This document shows, in pieces, positions 16,879-25,581 of a stretch of DNA of 40,703 nucleotides. The stretch is taken from positions 1 to 40,703 of IMG/VR virus record IMGVR_UViG_3300024179_000006; one strand, written 5' to 3'. Each line of letters opens with the position of its first letter. Within the stretch, counting starts at the first letter, position 1. Source of the stretch: a virus (taxonomy: Duplodnaviria > Caudoviricetes). Under the pieces are notes generated by a model that saw nothing but the letters and a program-made list of their open reading frames with translations, had not been told where the DNA came from and ran no database searches. The position numbers and the translations under genes are program-made.

Positions 16879-18184
16879 AGCAACCGCCGCAGGCGCGAAC
16901 ACAGGCGCAACGCCGCAGGGCGCACCCGCTCCCGTCGCCGAGCGCGCGAAAATCAGCGACATGTCGCGCACGCTGAGCCACGGCGTGCCTGCAGCGCCCG
17001 CGCCGCTGGTCATCCACCAGGGCCGTGAAGCCACGCCCGTAGGCGACGTGCAGCCACGCGGCAACAAGCCTCCCCCGCTCGGCTTCGACGACAGCGGCAA
17101 CCCCGACCTCGGCATGGGCGGCGATCTCGACGCGGAAGCGCACGCGCTGCAGCGCGAAGCTGACGGCCTGGGCGCCGAGCTCGACGAGTACGGCAACAGC
17201 CCGGACCAACTCGAGCTCGACGACAGCGCGCCGAGCGAGCTGGTCGAGCCTGACGAGTGGACAGCCATCAAGCAGCTGATGGACGCGCCGAACGCGCGCG
17301 CGTTGGTCGAGCAAGACGACATCCCCGAGTTTTTCGACGACAAGAAGTGGGTGCAGGTCCCGCTGACTGCGCGCGACGGCTCGACCTACCTCAAGCGCAT
17401 GACGCTCGGCGAGGCCAAGGGCGGCGTCATGCGCCGCGAGGACTACTCCGCGAAGCTCGGCGAGGTGTCGCAGATGCGGCAGCAGGTGCTCGCCGCGAAG
17501 GCAGGCCAAGACTTGCTGATGCAGCACCTGAGCGACCCGGCGCAGTTCCTGACCGCGATGCGCAACCTCAACATCATGCACGTGTTCGAGGCGGTCGCGG
17601 AGCACTGGGCGAAGGAGGTAGCGCTTCCCGAGCAAGAGCTGAAGATGCGCAACCCGCAGGCGTACCAGCAGTACGTCAACAACAAGCGCCTTCAGGAGCA
17701 GCTGCTTGCAGAGCAGCGCGAGAAGAATGCCTTGCGGCAGCAAGCGCAGCAGCTCGCGCAACAGCAACCCCCGCAGCTGACGCAGGACACGCAGCAGATC
17801 GCCAACCAGCTCGCGCAGATGCTCCCGCTCGCCGAGAAGGCGGCGCGGGTCGCCGAGCTCAAGGCGCGGTCACCGCTGTTCGCGGCCATCTGGGATGAGC
17901 CGGTGGCGCCCGGCCTGACCAGAAGTGAGCAGATTTTCCAGATTCACTACAACCGGCTGTTGCCCGGCCTCAACGGGCCGCTCACGACGCAGTTCATCAA
18001 AGAGGTGACGCTCACTACGATCGACACCATCACCCAACTCGCCCGCGAGATGCAGCCCCAGCGCCGCCCAGCGGTCACGGCGGCAGCGCCCGCGCCCAAC
18101 CCCGGAGGCGCAGCGCGCAACGGCAGCCGTCAGCCGCAGCGCGCCAAGATCGGCGACATGAACCGCATGCTTCGAGGCTCGTGA
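16871..18184 (+). CDS. Capsid scaffolding protein
   Basis: Acidic N-terminus, MRREDYSAK (R.DY.K) motif, coiled coil, basic Pro-rich tail; upstream of capsid. Confidence 0.65.
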   Translation: MAEATAAGANTGATPQGAPAPVAERAKISDMSRTLSHGVPAAPAPLVIHQGREATPVGDVQPRGNKPPPLGFDDSGNPDLGMGGDLDAEAHALQREADGLGAELDEYGNSPDQLELDDSAPSELVEPDEWTAIKQLMDAPNARALVEQDDIPEFFDDKKWVQVPLTARDGSTYLKRMTLGEAKGGVMRREDYSAKLGEVSQMRQQVLAAKAGQDLLMQHLSDPAQFLTAMRNLNIMHVFEAVAEHWAKEVALPEQELKMRNPQAYQQYVNNKRLQEQLLAEQREKNALRQQAQQLAQQQPPQLTQDTQQIANQLAQMLPLAEKAARVAELKARSPLFAAIWDEPVAPGLTRSEQIFQIHYNRLLPGLNGPLTTQFIKEVTLTTIDTITQLAREMQPQRRPAVTAAAPAPNPGGAARNGSRQPQRAKIGDMNRMLRGS

Positions 18185-18429
18185 TGGCCAGTCTTGAGTT
18201 CAGGTTCATCAAGTCTTGCAACGACTGCCCGATGGCGAACCAGGAAGAGTCGTTCTGCCAGCATCCCGATGCTCCGGGTGAGTACGAGCCGGGCGCGTTC
18301 AAGCTGTCCAGCTTCCACCATCTCTATGGCGCCGATGGCAGCGTGGAGACAGTGTTCGACCCGCCACCGGCCGGGTGCCCGCTGCGAAAGGGTGCCCTAG
18401 CCCTGTCGCTCGATCCGAAGGCGCCGTGA
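18181..18429 (+). CDS. Small Cys-rich protein (CxxCP...CxHP...PxxCPL)
   Basis: Motif visible; similar to 37964..38161. Confidence 0.6.
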   Translation: MMASLEFRFIKSCNDCPMANQEESFCQHPDAPGEYEPGAFKLSSFHHLYGADGSVETVFDPPPAGCPLRKGALALSLDPKAP

Positions 18430-18713
18430 CCCGCCTAGGCCCCGGTCCAGAGCTCGAGGAAGCCGTCCGCAAGGGTAAGGCCGCCTACGATGAGTGGGAG
18501 CAGAAGCAGAACTCCCGCGGATGCCGCGACGAGAATGGCTCGCCCATGACGAAGCCACCCCATCTACTAGCCGGAATGGGCACCGGCGTGGCCGCCGAGC
18601 GCTGGCTCGAAGCATGGATACGTCTCAAAGTTGACCACCAGAAGAAGTGCGTGAAGTGCCGCGGAGAGAGAAATGTACAAGCCGAACATCCGAGTCCTGA
18701 AGACGGTCGATAG
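18426..18713 (+). CDS. Hypothetical protein
   Basis: GTGA coupled; HxxxCxxC near C-terminus. Confidence 0.5.
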   Translation: MTRLGPGPELEEAVRKGKAAYDEWEQKQNSRGCRDENGSPMTKPPHLLAGMGTGVAAERWLEAWIRLKVDHQKKCVKCRGERNVQAEHPSPEDGR

Positions 18714-19143
18714 CAAGGGCCGGCTGGGCACGCGTCCGAAGGACGGCGGCAAGGTCATGCGCAAGCGCCAGCTGCTCGCACGCAGCGAGGGGCAGCTTGA
18801 TCGCACGCTGGACGAGCTCGAGCGCTACAAGGGCGAGGTGGCGCGGCTGAAGGGCCTGCTCGAGGGCATCGTCCGCACGCATGGCGAGCAGGTGCTGGAT
18901 GGCGACTTCCTCAACGAGTCGTGCGTGGCCGGCGCGATCGTCATCGAGTTCAGGCCGCCCAGCTGGGTCGTGGTGAAGCTGGCGCCGCCGAAGCTTGTCG
19001 AGCCGCCTGCGCCGCCGCCGCCGGAGTTCCCGCCGACAGACGACCCGTTCGTGGCCAACCTCTCGCCCAACGCGCGCATCGCCTACGAGGATGCGTACGC
19101 CAAGGCGATGGAGGAGCAGTCCGGGCGCGTTCGGCTGAAGTAG
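18673..19143 (+). CDS. Hypothetical protein
   Basis: GGAGAG RBS, coiled coil and Pro-rich segment. Confidence 0.65.
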   Translation: MYKPNIRVLKTVDSKGRLGTRPKDGGKVMRKRQLLARSEGQLDRTLDELERYKGEVARLKGLLEGIVRTHGEQVLDGDFLNESCVAGAIVIEFRPPSWVVVKLAPPKLVEPPAPPPPEFPPTDDPFVANLSPNARIAYEDAYAKAMEEQSGRVRLK

Positions 19144-19146
19144 TAC

Positions 19147-19250
19147 GCCGGAGTTGGCCGGCTTACCCGTTTATGTTCAACGGGGCGGAGGACGCGTTCC
19201 GCCGTTTACTGCTGGACCAACCTGCCGCACTTCCAGCTACCAACTCCGGC
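19147..19250. ncRNA. Putative four-way-junction (cloverleaf-like) non-coding RNA
   Basis: 11-bp closing stem GCCGGAGTTGG/CCAACTCCGGC with three internal arms CCCGTT/AACGGG, GCGGA/TCCGC, GCTGGA/TCCAGC. Confidence 0.55.
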
Positions 19251-19305
19251 AGCCCGGAGTGTTTCACGATCAACATGTAGGTGCAACATTCCCGCACAGA
19301 CGTTC

Positions 19306-19335
19306 TTGACACAGCGTGGCTGATACGCTGAGGAT
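19306..19335 (+). promoter_or_regulatory. Putative capsid-operon promoter with palindrome in the spacer
   Basis: Perfect TTGACA (19306-19311) followed by CAGCGT-N7-ACGCTG (19312-19330); -10 weak. Confidence 0.4.
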
Positions 19336-19504
19336 GATACCGATCACCGCGAGGACCCTCCGGCGACCAAAGCCAGCGACCAGTCGGTAAAGCCCGCTAC
19401 GGCGACACGCTGAACCGCACTTCTGGACCCGCCAAGGCACTGAGTCCGCATCCGGCCAGGACACCCCGAAGCGATGGGCAACTGCTCACCCGTTTTGAGG
19501 TCTC

Positions 19505-20806
19505 ATGGCTGCGACATACGCAAACGTTCAAGCGAACTTCAAGGTTCGCTACGGCCGCTGGATCGACCCGCTTCCGGACGACCACACGCTGGCTGACTTC
19601 GGCCAGTTCGTCACGCAGGACTCCCGCCCAGGACTTAATTACAACTTCCCCGTCCTGACGGGCATCGAAGGCGGCCAGACCGCGAACGTCGACAACTCGG
19701 CGTTCACGATCAACCCGGCCATCGACAGCCAGGTGAAGCTCGCGACGCTCGACGGCGCGACCATCCTGATGCAGGCGGTGTTGTCGTACGACACCATCTA
19801 CAAGGGCCTCAACGGCGCTGGCAACGGCCCGTCCGGGGGCGCGTTCAAGACGGCGCTCGACCAAGCGGTCGAATCGCTGCTGATGGGCGCGGCGCTGTAC
19901 CGCGAGCTGGCGCTGGCCTACGGGCCGGGCACCTCCACCGCCATCTCGTCGAACATCGGCGTGGTCGAGGCTTCGGTCTCGGGCGCGAACCTCGCGGCCC
20001 CGCAGGTCGTGCGGCTGTTCCTCACGAGCTGGATTCCGGGGCTCTGGATTATGGTCCAGAACCACCTGTTCGACATCTACCAGGCGGACGGCACCACGGT
20101 CCGCGACACGGGTGTCACACTCCAGGCGCGTCCGAGCACCACGCAGACCCGCTTGCAGCTGTTCAAGACGGCGAGCGTCGCGGTGGTCGCGGCGAACGAC
20201 CAAATCGTGCCGCAGGGCTGGCGTCTCAAGAGCTGCTTCGGGCTCGAGGCCATCTACAACAACGCGACGACGCTGTTCGGCATCGACGCGTCGACCGTGG
20301 CGCCTTGGCGCTGCATGACGTTCAACGCTGGCGGCCAGCTGACGCGCGCGAAGCTGATGGGCTACGGAGCGGCCATCTCGACCAACGGCGTGAAGACGGG
20401 CGGCAAGCTGTTCGTCGTCAGCTACTCGTTCGCCGACTTGGCGGAAGAGAGCAACACGCTGCGTCAGTTCATCACTGACAACAGCGTGCGCCGTCAGGGC
20501 GCGAGCGAGCTTGTGTACGTCACCGCGTGCGGTGAAATCACGGTCGCGGTCTACCAGTACGCGAAGGCCGGCCAGGCGATGTTCATCGCCACCGACAACT
20601 TCAAGCGTGTTGGCTCGACTGACATCACGATGCGCCCGATCGGCGGAGGCGCACAGGGCTTCTTCACGCACAGCACGACCACCGCGGGTGCGCAAATCAA
20701 GTGCTTCTCGAACCAAGCACCCGTGTTCGAGATGCCGTTCAGGAACTTCCTGATCACCGGCATCGTGAACAGCGTCGGTACGTCCGGCGCGCCTGTCTCG
20801 AGCTGA
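19505..20806 (+). CDS. Major capsid protein
   Basis: 433 aa, GAGG RBS, strongest codon bias, after scaffold and followed by terminator; YG.G and GLEAI motifs typical of HK97-fold coats. Confidence 0.8.
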   Translation: MAATYANVQANFKVRYGRWIDPLPDDHTLADFGQFVTQDSRPGLNYNFPVLTGIEGGQTANVDNSAFTINPAIDSQVKLATLDGATILMQAVLSYDTIYKGLNGAGNGPSGGAFKTALDQAVESLLMGAALYRELALAYGPGTSTAISSNIGVVEASVSGANLAAPQVVRLFLTSWIPGLWIMVQNHLFDIYQADGTTVRDTGVTLQARPSTTQTRLQLFKTASVAVVAANDQIVPQGWRLKSCFGLEAIYNNATTLFGIDASTVAPWRCMTFNAGGQLTRAKLMGYGAAISTNGVKTGGKLFVVSYSFADLAEESNTLRQFITDNSVRRQGASELVYVTACGEITVAVYQYAKAGQAMFIATDNFKRVGSTDITMRPIGGGAQGFFTHSTTTAGAQIKCFSNQAPVFEMPFRNFLITGIVNSVGTSGAPVSS

Positions 20807-20814
20807 ACTGACTC

Positions 20815-20870
20815 AGCCCGGCGGGGAGTGGGCTTCCTTCTTCCCCCACTACTCGCCGGGCTTTCTCGTT
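20815..20870 (+). terminator. Intrinsic terminator after capsid gene
   Basis: AGCCCGGCG.../...CGCCGGGCT stem with inner AGTGGG/CCCACT, followed by TTCTCGTT. Confidence 0.65.
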
Positions 20871-20883
20871 GGAAGGAGACGCG

Positions 20884-21297
20884 ATGTTCGACCCGAGACA
20901 ACAGCGACCAGGGATGCAAGGCGGCGGCTGGGGACAGAACAACCCGTGGCTCGCTGGCCTCGCGCAGCAACTCCAGGCACGGCAACAGCAGGGCGGCATG
21001 CGCGGCCCCGCAGTCGGCGCAGGCATGCCCGGCCCCGGCGGAGTGCCGCAACCGATGCCGCAAGGACCTGGGCTGCAGCCAGGAGCGGCAGCGCCTCCAC
21101 CGCAGGGCGGAGGGCAGTTCGGAGGCAATCCGGCGTTCCTGCAGGCGCTGGCGCAGCGCGTGCCGCAGCAAGGCGCGCCTGGTGGCGGAATGCCGATGCA
21201 GCCCGGAGCGGCGCCAGGCTACCCGCGGCCGAGTTTCGCGATGCCGCAGACAGCGGCACCCGGCAAGGAACCCGACAGCGACGACAAGAGGTACTGA
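20884..21297 (+). CDS. Gly/Pro/Gln-rich low-complexity protein
   Basis: AAGGAG RBS; nearly all G/P/Q/A/M. Confidence 0.65.
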   Translation: MFDPRQQRPGMQGGGWGQNNPWLAGLAQQLQARQQQGGMRGPAVGAGMPGPGGVPQPMPQGPGLQPGAAAPPPQGGGQFGGNPAFLQALAQRVPQQGAPGGGMPMQPGAAPGYPRPSFAMPQTAAPGKEPDSDDKRY

Positions 21298-21300
21298 CCC

Positions 21301-21669
21301 ATGCTGCCCATCCTCATGTTGGCAGCGCAGCTCGTTGCGAAGCAGCAACAGGAAGCTGAAGCGCGTAGGCGCGAAGTGGCGCACTTGGCCGAGGAGCGCG
21401 CCGCGCGTCTTGGAGGCAACACCATGGGTGTGGAAGCCGCGAACTTCAACCGCGAGCTCGGCGAGCAGAACTACGCCACGCCCGCGCAGCTGATGCAGCT
21501 GTACGGCGCGATCGGCAGTGGCGACGACAAGCCGACCAGCGGCGCGACCAGTACGACTCCTGGCAGCGACAAGCTGCTCGATCCGTGGGGCCCCGGCAAC
21601 GGCGGCTCGCGCACGGACCTCATCGACCCGTGGAGTGATGACCCCTACGGCACGAAGAGGCATTTCTGA
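21301..21669 (+). CDS. Hypothetical virion-associated protein
   Basis: GAGG RBS; two L(L/I)DPW motifs at the C-terminus. Confidence 0.6.
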   Translation: MLPILMLAAQLVAKQQQEAEARRREVAHLAEERAARLGGNTMGVEAANFNRELGEQNYATPAQLMQLYGAIGSGDDKPTSGATSTTPGSDKLLDPWGPGNGGSRTDLIDPWSDDPYGTKRHF

Positions 21670-22661
21670 GAACGGACGAAATTCTCGCCCGGCTGCGCCT
21701 CAACTGCACGATTGAGGACACGGCCGCCGATTATCCCGACTCCGTGCTGTTGGCGGAGTTGCTGGACTCCGAGCAAACGACCTTCGAGGCCATGATCGTC
21801 AAAGCGCGTGCGGGCTACTGGCTCGACACGTTCGACGTCGCGGTCACAGCGACGCAGCCGAAGTACCGCGTGCCTCCGCGCGCGTGCGTCGGCGGCTTCG
21901 AGAAGATCGACATCGGCATTCCAGGCAATGCGTTCGTGCCACTGGCCGAGGTGAGCGAGGCGCACGCGAGCTACTACGCGTCGCCGCCGAGCATGGTCGG
22001 CACGCCCATGAAGTTCGTGCTGCGCGGCGACCAGGTCGTGCTGCTGCCGCCGCCAGACGCCATTGCGTACACGCTTCGGATGTACTTCTACCGCCGGCCC
22101 TCGCGGCTGGTGGCGCAGCAGAGCTCGACGCTGAACGGCGGCACGGTGCGCGGGCAAATCACCGCCATCAACACCGTTGCGCGCACGGTCACCGTCAACG
22201 CGCTTCCATTCGACATGGAAGCCGTCAGCGGCGGCGTTATCACGCCCGCGGTCATCACCAGCGCCAACCAGCGCATCGACATCGTGCATCCGTACGGCTG
22301 GCACGAGCTGGCGATGCTCGACCAGACGCAGACGATTGCGGGCTTGGTCATCACACTCGGCGGCACCGACGACATGAGCGAGATTCAGGTCGGCGACTAC
22401 GTGCGCGTGGCTGAGCAGACCGACTGGCCGCAGCTGCCGGACGACTTTCACCGCGCGCTGGTGGACACGACCACCGTCAAGGTGTTGGCGGAACGCAACA
22501 TGGCCGAGAAGGCGAGTGACTTCGCGCAGGCCGTGAGCGCGGACATCCAGCGCTTCCAAGACATCCTCGAGCCGCGCGTGAAGATGGGCGCGCTCACCAT
22601 CAAGGCGCCGCTGCCCGGCATCCGTGGCCGACCGCGCGGCTACTGGCCGGGGTTTCCGTGA
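21666..22661 (+). CDS. Head-tail adaptor / tail tubular protein A-like (probable CTG start)
   Basis: GTPMKF...LLPPPD...LRMYFYRRP and QLPDDFHRALV motifs typical of podoviral adaptors; frame open from CTG 21666 with GAGG RBS. Confidence 0.65.
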   Translation: MRTDEILARLRLNCTIEDTAADYPDSVLLAELLDSEQTTFEAMIVKARAGYWLDTFDVAVTATQPKYRVPPRACVGGFEKIDIGIPGNAFVPLAEVSEAHASYYASPPSMVGTPMKFVLRGDQVVLLPPPDAIAYTLRMYFYRRPSRLVAQQSSTLNGGTVRGQITAINTVARTVTVNALPFDMEAVSGGVITPAVITSANQRIDIVHPYGWHELAMLDQTQTIAGLVITLGGTDDMSEIQVGDYVRVAEQTDWPQLPDDFHRALVDTTTVKVLAERNMAEKASDFAQAVSADIQRFQDILEPRVKMGALTIKAPLPGIRGRPRGYWPGFP

Positions 22662-25210
22662 ACGCGCTCGCGTGCGCGCTCTTGCTGCTGACGAGTTGCT
22701 ACGAAATGACACCGAACGTCGAACCGATTCTTGTACCGCTCGGGCTCATCACGCAGCCCAACAAGCTGGGGCAATACCCAGCGGGAGCGTTGTCGCAAGC
22801 GTCAGGCCTCGCGATGCGCAGCGCAGGGCTGCTGACGCGCATGCCGCTGCTCGAGCCGTACCAAAACGTTGTCTACGTCCAGGCGACGCCTGTCGTGCCG
22901 CATCTGCTCGGTGCCGCTGATTCGATGCTGTTCCACCTCGGTCGACGATCGGCGAGTGGGCAATGGGAGCTCACGTTCTTCTCGGGTGCGGCGACTAAGT
23001 TTGGAAACAACCTGGCAGGAGCTGGGGTGTTCTTCCAGCCAATCACTTTCGACACGAACGGGCGCACAGCGTGGACGCAGCAGCGCGGTCGCTACCTGTT
23101 CAACAGTGACCAGGGCATTCTCGTCACCGACACCGGCACGCCCACGTCTAACGCGACGGCGCTGCCTCGGCATGCTGGTCTGACGTCCCCGGCGGTTTCG
23201 CCGGCTCCAGTCACTGGAACCACCAACGGGTCCATCGGCGTAAATAATCAGGCGGCATTCGTCGCGCTTGTTCGTCGCGCGGCTACAGACGGCTACGAGA
23301 TCGTTTCGCCACCCAGCGCGCCTGTTTCCTGCGGTCATTCAACGCTCGCATCGGATACCGCTGGGACCATCTACTGGCCATCGGCTTCTGGATATGCCGC
23401 TGGCGATGTTGTGGAGTTTTACCGCACTCCGCAGCAAGCGGTCGATATGGCGGTTGGCGCCACCTACTACCTCTGCGGGAAGTACACGCTGACGCCCGCA
23501 GATATCGCCGCGCGAACGATGGTCGCGCCGCTGCTGCTGACGGCGAAGGATGCGGGGCTTGGCGCCGAACTCTACACGAACCCTGGCCAAACCGGCTTCA
23601 ACAGCCAGAAGCAGGCGCCGCCATTGGCGACATGCATGGCGACGTTCAAGGGATACACCTTCTTCGGCAACCGACAGGACGTTGCGACACTGCCGTTGCA
23701 AGTCCCATCAGGATGGTCGCTGAACCTTCCTGCGACGGACCCTGTCACCCGCGCAAACGCCATCGGCAATCGCGCGTTTACTGCGACGTTTACGAATACG
23801 AGCAACGTTCTGACCGTCATCTCGGCCGCCGACATCATCGGACTGGCGGTAGGGCAGATCATTGTTGACCCAGCGCTGACCGGCGGTCTTGGAACCGTCA
23901 CCGCAGTCGGCGCCACCACAGTTACGCTCAACACCACGGCCAACTCGAACGTGACCAAGGTCGCTACGTTGGGCGACGTCATCGTGCTGAATGGCTCACC
24001 GATTCAGGCAGTCTTTTGGGCACGTTTTCAGTATGGAATCGTCTCTACGGGCCTGAGCGTCCTTGCGCCTGGCGTCGACCCGCCGGCCGGGCTGACGGGC
24101 TCTGTTCAGCAGGACGACTACGGGCCCCATTCGTTCGCGATCACAGCGTCACGCGCAGGCGTGGCGTCTTTCACGATCGCGGCGAGCAACCCGCAGAACT
24201 ACGTTCCGGTTCTGCCGGCAACGACGGCCACACCACTAACTGTCTCTCGCAAGTCAGTTCCGAACGGCATCGCGTGGAGCGAGCAGGGACAGCCGGAGGC
24301 TGTGCCGCCACTGAACACGCTGCCGGTCGGGTCGGGAACCATCTATGGCATGTGGGCGACGCGCGACTCACTGTGGATTTTCGCCAGCGACGGCCTCTGG
24401 CAGCTCACAGGCACCGGCGGCGCAGCTGGGCGCGGCTTCGACTGGTCCGTCATCAACCGCGACTCCACGCTGTCGCTGAGCGCACCGCACGCGGCATGCG
24501 TGCTGCGCGACTCGGTCTACGCGTACACAAACCGCGGCCTCGTCGCGGTGAGCTCGAAGGGCATCGACGAGAACCTCTCACAGGGACGCATCAACGACTT
24601 GCTTCCGGGGCCGCCGTTCTCGCTGACGCGCGACATCCAGATGTGGGCCGACGAGACCAACGACGAGATTTGGCTCGCCATCAACGCGACCACGTCGCCC
24701 GTCATCTACGTCTACAACACGCTATCGGACGCGTGGACCACGCATCCTGGCGACTCGGGCTCGACGCCGCTGCAGGGCACTTACGCGCGGTTCCTGCAGA
24801 ACATCGTCACGATCGACCAGAACAACGCGTACTCGCCCAACCAGGTGACCGCGTCGTTCGCGCCGCTGGTGATGGACTACCAGCCGGTCAGCGATGGCGA
24901 CGCGTTGACGTTGCGTCAATGGATTGACGAGGTGTGGGTATTCGACACGGCCACTGCGACGTTCTTGTCCGGCGGCGTGCCCGTGAGCATCACGCCGCGC
25001 TGGAACGGAACCGACTTCGCGCCGCAAACGCAGGTCGCCAAGAGCCAGCGCAACGACGCGCGCGCCTCGTGGAGCATCCCGCGCAATGCGCCCGCGGTCG
25101 CCAACACGCTCGCGCCTGGCATCAAGGTCGCCTCGACCGTGTACCCCATGAGCATCTACGGCTTGGCGCTCCGCAGCGTGCCGCTCACCTCGCAAAGGAA
25201 GCAGCGATGA
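22658..25210 (+). CDS. Tail tubular protein B / nozzle-like protein (alternative start ATG 22706)
   Basis: ~850 aa beta-rich; IAWSE.GQPE, LWIF...GLW.L.G propeller-like motifs; follows adaptor. Confidence 0.65.
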   Translation: MNALACALLLLTSCYEMTPNVEPILVPLGLITQPNKLGQYPAGALSQASGLAMRSAGLLTRMPLLEPYQNVVYVQATPVVPHLLGAADSMLFHLGRRSASGQWELTFFSGAATKFGNNLAGAGVFFQPITFDTNGRTAWTQQRGRYLFNSDQGILVTDTGTPTSNATALPRHAGLTSPAVSPAPVTGTTNGSIGVNNQAAFVALVRRAATDGYEIVSPPSAPVSCGHSTLASDTAGTIYWPSASGYAAGDVVEFYRTPQQAVDMAVGATYYLCGKYTLTPADIAARTMVAPLLLTAKDAGLGAELYTNPGQTGFNSQKQAPPLATCMATFKGYTFFGNRQDVATLPLQVPSGWSLNLPATDPVTRANAIGNRAFTATFTNTSNVLTVISAADIIGLAVGQIIVDPALTGGLGTVTAVGATTVTLNTTANSNVTKVATLGDVIVLNGSPIQAVFWARFQYGIVSTGLSVLAPGVDPPAGLTGSVQQDDYGPHSFAITASRAGVASFTIAASNPQNYVPVLPATTATPLTVSRKSVPNGIAWSEQGQPEAVPPLNTLPVGSGTIYGMWATRDSLWIFASDGLWQLTGTGGAAGRGFDWSVINRDSTLSLSAPHAACVLRDSVYAYTNRGLVAVSSKGIDENLSQGRINDLLPGPPFSLTRDIQMWADETNDEIWLAINATTSPVIYVYNTLSDAWTTHPGDSGSTPLQGTYARFLQNIVTIDQNNAYSPNQVTASFAPLVMDYQPVSDGDALTLRQWIDEVWVFDTATATFLSGGVPVSITPRWNGTDFAPQTQVAKSQRNDARASWSIPRNAPAVANTLAPGIKVASTVYPMSIYGLALRSVPLTSQRKQR

Positions 25211-25581
25211 GCACGCAGCCCACGCCCATCACCAAGACTGTTTGGGACGGCGACACCGTCGAGCCGAAGGACATCGCCGAGCTCGCGCGCGGCATCGGGC
25301 AGCGGCTCGACGGGCAACCGACACGCAAGATTGTCGAGCTGAACGCGCTGTACACGGAACCGATGTACCTCGCGCTTGATCGCAATCCGATGGGCATCAC
25401 GTGTCTGCGCATCCGCAAGCAAGCCAATGCCGAGGCACCGGTGCTGAGCGGCAGCATGGTCAGCTGGGTGTGGGACTCGACGCGCGCGCGCATCACGAGC
25501 ATCGACGGAATGTCGATTGGCTCGGGCCTCACGTACACGTTCACCTTTGAAGCGGTGTTTGCGCCGCAGGTTGGCAGCTGA
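25207..25581 (+). CDS. Hypothetical tail-associated protein
   Basis: ATGA coupled to tail tube gene. Confidence 0.65.
   Translation: MSTQPTPITKTVWDGDTVEPKDIAELARGIGQRLDGQPTRKIVELNALYTEPMYLALDRNPMGITCLRIRKQANAEAPVLSGSMVSWVWDSTRARITSIDGMSIGSGLTYTFTFEAVFAPQVGS

Noticed and set aside
19147-19250. tRNA or known self-cleaving ribozyme
   Set aside because: No D-loop GG/T-loop TTC consensus, no CCA, no hammerhead CUGAnGA/GAAA core; kept only as an unknown structured RNA
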